From Gammaproteobacteria bacterium (lineage in GTDB: Bacteria; Pseudomonadota; Gammaproteobacteria; JBCCGL01), in contig OZ255836.1 in assembly GCA_965277715.1 (NCBI GenBank), forward strand, positions 704,001 to 768,000: a stretch of 64,000 nt of DNA. The letters run 5' to 3'. The notes beneath the pieces were generated by a model. That model was not told the origin of the DNA. It was given only the letters and a program-made list of their open reading frames with translations, and made no database searches. Below, in pieces: positions 1-7,352 of this stretch. How positions within the stretch are numbered: the first letter of the stretch is position 1; every line of letters starts with the position of its first letter. Position numbers and translations under genes: made by a program.

Positions 1-241
1 TGCCGATTGGACAGCATAAAAAAAGTGGCCAAGATGATAAAAACGCACATGCCGAACATATTGACATGGTTTAAGCACACAATAAGTAATGCCGTGTCAG
101 AGGGTTTGAATTCAAAAATTCAGACGGTCAAATCGAATGCAAGAGGGTTTCGTTCGTTTGAAAGTTACCGGCGGAGTATTTTGTTTTACTGCGGAAAGCT
201 GGATAGGGAACCAGTGGCTTCACAATAATCGGGGAAGAACC
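1..241 (+). mobile_element. Right end of ISL3-family IS (transposase C-terminus to 228; terminal IR ending ...GGGGAAGAACC at 241)
   Basis: Translation ILTWFKHTISNAVSEGLNSKIQTVKSNARGFRSF...ILFYCGKL matches the DDE_Tnp_ISL3 C-terminus; the end reads GGTTCTTC on the - strand, typical of ISL3 termini. Confidence 0.85.
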
Positions 242-415
242 AGTAAATTTGGGTCTGAAGCTATGTTCTATACTAATGGAAAGTTTGGTAAGGTTGAAAC
301 GGGCAAAAAATTAGTTTCGTCATGGAATCCAGCAACCGATGCAACCTTTGATACTGATGTAATAGTTATTTACGAAGAGATTGTTGGTTGTGTGTGGGTT
401 ATCGACGAAGATTAG
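242..415 (+). pseudogene. 3' remnant of an integron cassette ORF interrupted by the ISL3 element
   Basis: Open frame from the IS end to TAG at 413-415, immediately followed by attC1. Confidence 0.6.
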
Positions 416-519
416 TGCTAACAAGTGCCTGCATAGGACAAAGTACAGTTGTCACCTTTTGTGAAAAAACACTCACAAAAGTCGCCAACTGCACTTTGCC
501 CATGAGGCAGGCGTTATGT
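416..519 (+). mobile_element. attC site 1 (104 bp)
   Basis: TGCTAAC...GTTATGT ends; internal IRs (gcctgcat/atgaggc with extrahelical base, caaagtacagttg/caactgcactttg, cttttgtg/cacaaaag). Confidence 0.9.
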
Positions 520-566
520 TTCAGGGAGATTGAGCTATCGGCATTGAGTCCCTAATTCCGTTTGGT

Positions 567-1454
567 TTGCATCAAGAGTCAGGTGAACTTGTAGACGTTT
601 CAAGTGTTGCCCGGGGCCGTAAATGCGGATGTATCTGCCCCTCATGCGACACACCTTTGGTGGTTCGCCAGGGAGAACAGAAAGAGTGGCACTTCGCACA
701 CTGGAGTCGAAATTCTTATTTTGAGACAAAGAGCGAGTGCGAATATTCCTTCCTCGTCTCAGTTCGTCTGATGATTCGTCAGCTCTCAATGACTGGGCTG
801 CGGATTCGTACACCCAGCTTAATTGAAGAATTGAATGTCTATAGTGAGGTCTCTCATCAATATTTTTGCAATAGATTCGTTGTTACCGAAGAGTTAGTGA
901 TTGAATTGAAATCACCTTGTGTTGGAGCTACGTTCTCAAATGTGGAGGTCGATGTGGTCGGGAGCGTGAAAACCGTTCCATTTGCCGTATATTGCTCTTA
1001 TCCCGGAAGGGATGTGCCAGAATCGTTGTGCCAACCTGATATAGAACTAAGTGGCGTCATCGAGATCAGTTTGGTCGGAATAGCGCAAAGATTTAGGCAT
1101 GTGGTATCTGGCCGATACGTCGACGCGCTACGGTCATACATTGAAGAGTCTTCTGAAGGGAAATTCTGGATATATCATCCCCGATACAAGCGTAAAAAAG
1201 AACAAACCGAGATAGAAAATGCGTCATGGCTATCGCAGCAAAAACCACGAAGTAGGGTAAAAAAAGACTTCCAGTCGGAAGAAACGATTGCACCAAAGAA
1301 AAACATGCAAGCATCGTCTATGCCAAATCGAAGAGCGAGGAGCTATAAGTGTATAATCTGTGGCAATCAGTGGCATGGTATATCCCGAAACTGCACTGCC
1401 TGCAAAACGCACCTGTATACGACTGAAAGCGGGATGGGTGGTGATGAAACATAA
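567..1454 (+). CDS. Cassette protein, CoiA-like N-terminal Zn finger plus C-terminal CxxC-CxxC ribbon (start uncertain)
   Basis: GRKCGCICPSC...RQG...WHFAH motif; C-terminal CIIC...CTAC; stop overlaps attC2. Confidence 0.7.
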   Translation: MHQESGELVDVSSVARGRKCGCICPSCDTPLVVRQGEQKEWHFAHWSRNSYFETKSECEYSFLVSVRLMIRQLSMTGLRIRTPSLIEELNVYSEVSHQYFCNRFVVTEELVIELKSPCVGATFSNVEVDVVGSVKTVPFAVYCSYPGRDVPESLCQPDIELSGVIEISLVGIAQRFRHVVSGRYVDALRSYIEESSEGKFWIYHPRYKRKKEQTEIENASWLSQQKPRSRVKKDFQSEETIAPKKNMQASSMPNRRARSYKCIICGNQWHGISRNCTACKTHLYTTESGMGGDET

Positions 1455-1520
1455 CAAGCACATTTTGTCGGACTGGTTTTCCGCTGCGCTCCAAACCAGC
1501 CTCAAATGTGGGCGTTAGCA
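1449..1520 (+). mobile_element. attC site 2 (72 bp)
   Basis: ACATAAC...GTTAGCA; cacattt/aaatgtg and ctggttt/aaaccag IRs; ACATAAC is the exact complement of the preceding GTTATGT (513-519). Confidence 0.92.
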
Positions 1521-1525
1521 ATCTT

Positions 1526-2002
1526 ATGAATCGACGCAAGCTATTAGCAACATTAACTGGTTTAACTTTGATTGGTGGCCTTATTTTGGCGGCAACCCCG
1601 TTCGTGGGTTCTCTGAGTCCAAATAAAGTTGCAAAAAGTAACGCAAAAGTAAGGGTGAAAATTACTGACATCCCTGAAATTGGTGCTCTCGAAGTTGATT
1701 ACCGGTGGTACAAGGCTTTAGTCGTAAAAAAACCGGAAATGGCAGTCTTCCTAATGCCATATTACGACAACGCATACCGCTTGCCTGATCCAACATGGGA
1801 AAGGCCGTTTGTTCCGTGCCATAACTTCATTACCGATGAGAAAGGTTTTTCCTGCAAAGATCCAAGTTTGCATGAAAGCTGGAATGCGCAAGCAACATGG
1901 GATTTCACGGGCAAAACTAAAGGAACCTGGATGCCAAACCTGCGACAAGCTAAATTTATAATAGAAGGTAAGCATCTTGTTCTTAGCCCGGAGTACAACT
2001 AA
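1526..2002 (+). CDS. Cassette protein, Tat signal/TM anchor, PetA(Rieske)-like but lacking canonical 2Fe-2S boxes
   Basis: MNRRKLL twin-Arg, ATPFVGSLSP, C-terminal WDFTGK...MPNL; ATG 1526 lies just after attC2. Confidence 0.6.
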   Translation: MNRRKLLATLTGLTLIGGLILAATPFVGSLSPNKVAKSNAKVRVKITDIPEIGALEVDYRWYKALVVKKPEMAVFLMPYYDNAYRLPDPTWERPFVPCHNFITDEKGFSCKDPSLHESWNAQATWDFTGKTKGTWMPNLRQAKFIIEGKHLVLSPEYN

Positions 2003-2003
2003 T

Positions 2004-2114
2004 TGCTAACAAAGCAGTCAAATTGACAGCTTTTCCGTCACTTGTTTATGTGGCGGTCGCTACGCTGCCACAACACAATCAACTACAAAGCTGCAATTTA
2101 CTGCGGCGTTAGAG
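2004..2114 (+). mobile_element. attC site 3 (111 bp)
   Basis: TGCTAAC...GTTAGAG; gcagtcaaattg/caatttactgc, cagcttt/aaagctg; TGCTAAC complements GTTAGCA (1514-1520). Confidence 0.92.
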
Positions 2115-2133
2115 GGCAAAAATAGGAAATACT

Positions 2134-3231
2134 ATGCCAAAGTTTTATGAAGTTTATGGGCGTGATGTTTATGATCAGTCTGAAGTAGCAGTAGCAGAGA
2201 GAAAGGCTGCTTATTGTCCTTTTACTGAAAATGTTTGTGATGGTGGAGGTAATAGGCATCAAACAAAAATAAAACTAGCCGGATCTGAATTACGAGAATT
2301 CTTTAATGATGAACTATCATCAGTTATTCCTGGGATATGCTCTATTCAATATGGTGATGAGACTTGGGTGGTGTGCCCTAGAAGATTGTTTGGTTTCTTT
2401 TCAAGGAGGAATGAAGTTCCTAATATAAATGAATCGTTACATCCTCATGAGCGTGAGGCATTAATTGAGGCTGGAGTACCGAAGGGTGTAGAGTTGGGAG
2501 TATGGCCTGAGGTTTATTTGCAATATGGAGATGAAGACACATCCATAAATTATCATTTTGATTTCGTTATTGCCCCAATACAACGAAACAAACCATTCTC
2601 ATGGTTGTTAGAGTCATACAATATTGGTGATGACGAAGTTGAGGCTTTTAAAGCAGCAGCTAAAACAGGAAAGTATTTAGAAGGTAGATATTCTCCAGAT
2701 AAAGAGCTGGAAATTTTGCCTGATCTCAATTCTCCGATAGTGATCGAAGTGATGACTGCAAGCACTTCGGGTTCAGATAAAGAGGCGAGCACAGATATCG
2801 CTGCTTCATTTACCGATGCAATCAAAGGAAACGACCACAATTGTCCCGGCATTAATAAAAGACAGGTATGGGGTCGCATGGCAACACAACTTTTTGCTAA
2901 ATCTGCTTTGGCTGAAGAGTGGGGAGGAAAAACTATCTGGCTAGTTCAAGATCAACTATTAAAAAATATTGAATTAACGACAAAGTTGAATCTTGATATT
3001 CCAAGTCCAGATTCCTCGGGTACCATTAATTTTCTAAGCATGTCTTATGCGGATGGGCAAAAAGGTACTGAATCACTGCGGTTCCTTAAATACTCAGAGA
3101 AAAGTGCAGGTTTGGATTTTCAAGGCAATCAAATGGCAACTGATATTTTGTTGCCAAAGGTAAATCCAGATAAAAAAGTATTATTGAAAGCTGTCTTACG
3201 CAGAAAACTTTCGGCCATAATTTCTTTATAG
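2134..3231 (+). CDS. NotI-family type II restriction endonuclease
   Basis: Four-Cys N-terminal metal motif (YCPF..CDGGG..GICS..VVCPRR) and FDFVI..IEVMT nuclease core; paired with a C5-MTase. Confidence 0.8.
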   Translation: MPKFYEVYGRDVYDQSEVAVAERKAAYCPFTENVCDGGGNRHQTKIKLAGSELREFFNDELSSVIPGICSIQYGDETWVVCPRRLFGFFSRRNEVPNINESLHPHEREALIEAGVPKGVELGVWPEVYLQYGDEDTSINYHFDFVIAPIQRNKPFSWLLESYNIGDDEVEAFKAAAKTGKYLEGRYSPDKELEILPDLNSPIVIEVMTASTSGSDKEASTDIAASFTDAIKGNDHNCPGINKRQVWGRMATQLFAKSALAEEWGGKTIWLVQDQLLKNIELTTKLNLDIPSPDSSGTINFLSMSYADGQKGTESLRFLKYSEKSAGLDFQGNQMATDILLPKVNPDKKVLLKAVLRRKLSAIISL

Positions 3232-3235
3232 AAAA

Positions 3236-4360
3236 TCAGGCTGCATTTTTCTTTTTGTTGCCAAATAGAGCAAAGTAAATTGCTTTACCCATGGCCTCTG
3301 CAAGAGGCGGTGGTACAGCATTTGCCACTTGCCTGTGCCGGTCTAAATCTTTGACAGTTCCGCTTCTGGCCCGAATAGGGCCTGAAAGTATGTGCGTATC
3401 TGGAAACCCATGTAGCCTAAGATATTCTCTAGGCGTTAGGTAGCGATTTTCCTCCGGATGATAAAACGCTTCACCACCACGAAGTGTAAGAGCCGGAAGG
3501 TCCCACGCCAATCTTCGAAATTTTGTCGTGTCTTTTTCTGGGTTCAATCTTTGCCTTTGGTCGGCAGGTAAGTGTAATTGTCTAGCCAAGCACTCGCCTT
3601 CAGGAACACCGTTTATCCGCTCTCTATCTCGCGGAGGAGTAATATCTAAGTGGCTTGGTATGTTTTCGATACGGCCTTTAAGTACAGGAGACGGGAGGTC
3701 ACCAATAGCGTCTTTCACAGATATATATGGAGCTTTGTCAGTTGAAAAAATATCTTTCTGTTTACTTTTCTTTTTCGGATCAAAGTGAGTTGGGGAGGGA
3801 AATTCAAATTCTCCCCCTTTTACTACACCAACAATAAATACCCTGTCACGTAGCTGAGGCACCCCATAATCTGCTGCTCTCAGAAGTCGAAAAGAAACGT
3901 CGTAACCAATATCTTGAAGGTCGGAGATAACCACTTTTAATGCAGAGCCGCCTATACCATCAGCACCTTTTGCGCTAAGCAACCCTTTGACTTGCTCGAT
4001 CAATACGGCTTTAGGTTTTAAAACTTTTGCGAATTCAATCATTTTATGAAGAAGTAAACCACGGTCATCATCAAGCGATTTTCGATTGCCAATTAAAGAG
4101 AAAGATTGGCATGGTGGCCCACCTGCTAACAAATCTAATTCGCCAACTTTTAAGCCAAGCTGCTTCTTTAAAGAGTGAGGTGATATATCGTTGATATCGG
4201 TTGCTAAGATAGGGTTAACAGATCTTCTGCTACACCAGTTTCTCAATGATTCATGTGCATGCTTATCAATCTCTGAGCAAAAAAGAGGGGTAAAGCCTGC
4301 ATTGTGCAAGCCCTCATCTAGGCCGCCAATGCCGCTGAAGAGTGAAACTAATGTTTTCAT
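3236..4360 (-). CDS. DNA (cytosine-5)-methyltransferase
   Basis: Motifs LFSGIGG, GGPPCQSFS, EQV (ENV variant), PQLRDRVF, RQVANAVPP; likely start MKTLVSLF at 4360. Confidence 0.95.
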   Translation of the reverse strand: MKTLVSLFSGIGGLDEGLHNAGFTPLFCSEIDKHAHESLRNWCSRRSVNPILATDINDISPHSLKKQLGLKVGELDLLAGGPPCQSFSLIGNRKSLDDDRGLLLHKMIEFAKVLKPKAVLIEQVKGLLSAKGADGIGGSALKVVISDLQDIGYDVSFRLLRAADYGVPQLRDRVFIVGVVKGGEFEFPSPTHFDPKKKSKQKDIFSTDKAPYISVKDAIGDLPSPVLKGRIENIPSHLDITPPRDRERINGVPEGECLARQLHLPADQRQRLNPEKDTTKFRRLAWDLPALTLRGGEAFYHPEENRYLTPREYLRLHGFPDTHILSGPIRARSGTVKDLDRHRQVANAVPPPLAEAMGKAIYFALFGNKKKNAA

Positions 4361-4420
4361 AGAAGACCAATTATGGAGATTTTCAAGGAGTATACTCAAG
4401 CTTAATTGATAACGCAAGCG

Positions 4421-4621
4421 TTAGAACATATCTGTTTTTGGTCTTCCTGTTCGCTCCCTTGGCCTAGCAGCAAACTCTCTGACTTTGTCTGGTTCAAGCA
4501 GTTGATCACGGCCAATTTTGGTGGACTCCAGTCTACCCTCGATTATCAACTGCCTTACCCTTGAAGCCGAAACGCCTAATATTGAAGCTGCCTCGCTGGT
4601 TGAAATTAGTTTTTCCGTCAT
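4421..4621 (-). CDS. Small excisionase/HTH_17-like DNA-binding protein, probable R-M controller
   Basis: ISTSEAASILGVSASRVRQLIIEGRL...KIGR wHTH pattern, directly upstream of the MTase. Confidence 0.8.
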   Translation of the reverse strand: MTEKLISTSEAASILGVSASRVRQLIIEGRLESTKIGRDQLLEPDKVREFAARPRERTGRPKTDMF

Positions 4622-4654
4622 TTCAAATTTTGCTCAAAATTGATTTTAACTTGT

Positions 4655-4683
4655 AGTATATTGATCTCTAACAAGCGGTTCAA
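4655..4683 (-). promoter_or_regulatory. Sigma70-like promoter for HTH-MTase: TTGAAC-17bp-TATACT, with the -35 inside attC4
   Basis: + strand AGTATA 4655-4660, 17-bp spacer, GTTCAA 4678-4683. Confidence 0.65.
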
Positions 4684-4783
4684 CGCGGACAGCCAAAACT
4701 CCAGTTGTTTTGTGTATTTCGCTTCGCTCAATTATCACACAAAACAACTTCCGTTTCAGCTGCCGGTTAACCGAGCGTTAGGC
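4666..4783 (+). mobile_element. attC site 4 (118 bp)
   Basis: CTCTAAC...GTTAGGC; cggttcaac/gttaaccg, agttgttttgtgt/acacaaaacaact; CTCTAAC complements GTTAGAG (2108-2114). Confidence 0.92.
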
Positions 4784-4789
4784 AATACA

Positions 4790-5485
4790 ATGAACTGTCC
4801 TCATTCAAAAATAGAAGCTGCACTTGATCGTTGGTCTGAATGTCATTGGCATATTCACCAAATCGAGAGCAACTATCATTCTCCGGGTCTATTTCGCTAC
4901 TCTTTGAACTCATTTATTCGTGCCATTAAAGAGATTCCTCAAATATTAAAAATGGAACTTCAAAACAGCCCGAAATACAGGAAGGTATGTAAGCCTATAA
5001 TCGATGCTCTAAAGTCGGATGAACTACTATCTTTGCTGTCAAAGAAACGTGATTTTATAGTTCATCAGGGCATGTTAAATGTTCTAAGCTCAGGGGTGGC
5101 TGGTACTACTGAAGATCGAGGAATAAAAATGGCTGTAGGCTTTAAAGTTGAGCTATACGAAACAACTGAAGAAGCATATAAAAAATTTAAATATTTGCTT
5201 CGTAAAAATCCCGTAGTAAGAGGTGCAGTTGGACCTGACTGCGATTCATGGCCAATGATTCGCCGAGAGTGGAAAGTTCCTGAGTTAGATAATGAGTTAT
5301 TGGAAGTCGCAATCACGGCCTGGAGATTGTGCGGTGAAGCTATTTCTAAGATAGTTGTAAAACTTGGTGGAGAACCCTTGGATTTATCTTTCCCTTGCAG
5401 GCACGACCCAGAGCGCGTAAAAACTATGGAATTTAGCCAGCAAGAGTTTTTTGATTCAGTAGGTGGCGTGAAAGAAAATGCCTAA
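4790..5485 (+). CDS. Cassette hypothetical protein with HEPN-like RxxxxH motif
   Basis: ATG 4790 just after attC4; helical N-terminus, RDFIVH at 5048-5065; stop within attC5. Confidence 0.6.
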   Translation: MNCPHSKIEAALDRWSECHWHIHQIESNYHSPGLFRYSLNSFIRAIKEIPQILKMELQNSPKYRKVCKPIIDALKSDELLSLLSKKRDFIVHQGMLNVLSSGVAGTTEDRGIKMAVGFKVELYETTEEAYKKFKYLLRKNPVVRGAVGPDCDSWPMIRREWKVPELDNELLEVAITAWRLCGEAISKIVVKLGGEPLDLSFPCRHDPERVKTMEFSQQEFFDSVGGVKENA

Positions 5486-5556
5486 CAAGGCCAGCCAGAG
5501 GGAACAAAAAATCGCCGCTTCGCTCTGGTTTTCGTCCCCTGCTGGCGGCGTTATGC
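5480..5556 (+). mobile_element. attC site 5 (77 bp)
   Basis: GCCTAAC...GTTATGC; gccagccag/ctgctggc; GCCTAAC complements GTTAGGC (4777-4783). Confidence 0.9.
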
Positions 5557-5600
5557 AAAATAAGTTGTGAATCGTACTAATAATTGAATTGGAGAAATGA

Positions 5601-6503
5601 ATGAAGAAAATTTATATGCTTTCAATGTTAGTGGCTGGGTTGCTAATTTCGACATTAGCCACTGCAGTTCCTAAATTTCCGATACAAGAGTCCATGGGCG
5701 GGAAGGCCTTTGGTCATAGCGTAAAAAATATTGGTAATGGGTTGTATGTATTTCGCTGGTGGGTTTATCGAAATATTTTTCTTGTCACTGATGAGGGAGT
5801 TATTGTTACCGACCCAATGAACCCCAAGGCGGCAAAATTATTACGAAACGAGATTCGTAAGGTAACAGACAAGCCGGTGAAATATGTTGTTTATAGCCAT
5901 AATCATCATGATCATATTTCAGGTGGGAATATTTTTGAGGCAGAGGGTGCAAAATTTGTGGGCCATGAGAACCTGCTAAAGGAATTGGGCGATCATCCGA
6001 GTCCAGTAATACCATTGCCAAGTATCACATTTTCAGACAAGCACACATTGACACTGGGTGGTAGAACTTTGGAATTATCCTACTTCGGGCCAAACCATGG
6101 TGAAAGCTTGGTTGTTATGCGGCTTCCGAAAGAGAAGATATTATTTACGGTAGATATTGTCACGCCGCGTAGAGTGGCCTTTCGTGGCATGCCCGATTTT
6201 TGGCCTGATGAGTGGGTAAGATCACTGAAAGAAATAGAGCAGATGGATTTTGACTATGTCATCTCGGGCCACGGGCCAGAAAATCAACCTGCAATAGATC
6301 CTGCCTCAATTGTTGCAGAGCAACGCATATATTTAGAAGATTTGATGGCAGCTGTAAAAAAAGCAATGGATTCAGGAACTCACAGCCCTGATGCATTAAG
6401 AAAAACCGTTAAGCTTCCTAAGTATGAAAACTGGCAATACTACAAAGAATGGCTCCCAATGAATATTGAGCGCATATGGGCTTATTATCATATGGGATGG
6501 TGA
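5601..6503 (+). CDS. Secreted MBL-fold metallo-hydrolase (cassette)
   Basis: Signal peptide; SHNHHDH, NHG, D, GHG metal ligands. Confidence 0.9.
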   Translation: MKKIYMLSMLVAGLLISTLATAVPKFPIQESMGGKAFGHSVKNIGNGLYVFRWWVYRNIFLVTDEGVIVTDPMNPKAAKLLRNEIRKVTDKPVKYVVYSHNHHDHISGGNIFEAEGAKFVGHENLLKELGDHPSPVIPLPSITFSDKHTLTLGGRTLELSYFGPNHGESLVVMRLPKEKILFTVDIVTPRRVAFRGMPDFWPDEWVRSLKEIEQMDFDYVISGHGPENQPAIDPASIVAEQRIYLEDLMAAVKKAMDSGTHSPDALRKTVKLPKYENWQYYKEWLPMNIERIWAYYHMGW

Positions 6504-6512
6504 TAGCCAATC

Positions 6513-6561
6513 GCATAACAATGCATTGCACCGGACTTCGCCGGTGAATGCGGCGTTAGAA
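6513..6561 (+). mobile_element. attC site 6 (49 bp, very short)
   Basis: GCATAAC aat gcattGcaccgg acttcg ccggtgaatgc ggc GTTAGAA; GCATAAC complements GTTATGC (5550-5556). Confidence 0.88.
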
Positions 6562-6576
6562 ACCTTGGAGAGTTAA

Positions 6577-6996
6577 GTGACAGACCGAAAACGTACCGTC
6601 GGTAGCGTAAAATCTGAACTGATCTCCAAGCCTTGGGAGACTGCGTTCGCTGCGATCAAGATTTTCAATGATCCATTAATATCTTTTAAGTGCGAAGCAT
6701 TTATTATCTTAATGGTCATTGCTTGGACCTATCTTCTACATGCATATTATCGGGCTAATGGAATTGAATACCGTTACTACCGGTAAGGCCCAAAACGCAA
6801 TATTTTTGATCGTACCAAGAAAAATGTGCACAAATATTGGGAGTTGGAACGCTGTCTTAATTGCAATAAATCTCCAATTGACCAAAGCACGGCAAACAAT
6901 CTCAGATTTTTAATCGGGCTTAGGCACAAGATTGAACATCAAATGACGAAATCGCTTGATTCATACTTGAGCGTGTTTGAAAGTGTCTGTCCCTGA
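6577..6996 (+). pseudogene. DUF3644 (HEPN-like) protein pseudogene, last cassette
   Basis: FNDPLISFK..FIILMVIAWTYLLHAYYR; in-frame TAA at 6784-6786, frame continues GPKRNIFDRT..YWELERCLN..NLRFLIGLRHKIEHQMT, truncated near 6972. Confidence 0.8.
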
Positions 6997-7286
6997 CACT
7001 CTTGGGAGAAATGCTACAAACAATAATTGATCGAAATGACATGAATATAGTGCCATGACGGTACAAAAAAATTTAATTTATTGTTTTTATTATATTCTTT
7101 AAGGATCAGTATCAAAGATGAGTTAGGGAAGTACCATTCGGTACTGAGTTCTTTAACGTACAGATAATTTGCCAGTCCAAACCCTCATAACTATAACTCA
7201 ACACCGCATCGCCACATCTGTGCTTCGGCACATTTTCCATGCCGTTAACTCGTTGGCATTATGAACGTGTAGCACCAAAGGATAAG

Positions 7287-7339
7287 AGGGGCAAATCTAT
7301 AAGCTTCCATAAAAATAATTAAATAATAGATTTGCCCCT
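7287..7339. repeat. Perfect 14-bp inverted repeat AGGGGCAAATCTAT with AT-rich loop (REP-like or terminator)
   Basis: 7287-7300 and 7326-7339, just downstream of the mgdA-like stop. Confidence 0.6.
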
Positions 7340-7352
7340 TATTTCTACCCAA

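Noticed and set aside
137-415. 92-aa ORF in the track
   Set aside because: Chimera of the IS end and a cassette remnant; not a real gene start
4640-4789. N-terminal extension of the 281-aa ORF
   Set aside because: Reads through attC4; the cassette ATG is at 4790. The 1508 start likewise lies inside attC2
416-6561. attC repeats as a CRISPR array
   Set aside because: Repeats are non-identical, separated by whole genes, and no cas genes are present
7191-7250. Possible seventh attC (CTATAAC...GTTAACT with tgtgc-ttcg-gcaca hairpin)
   Set aside because: L boxes pair poorly and R'' does not complement GTTAGAA; at best a degenerate remnant
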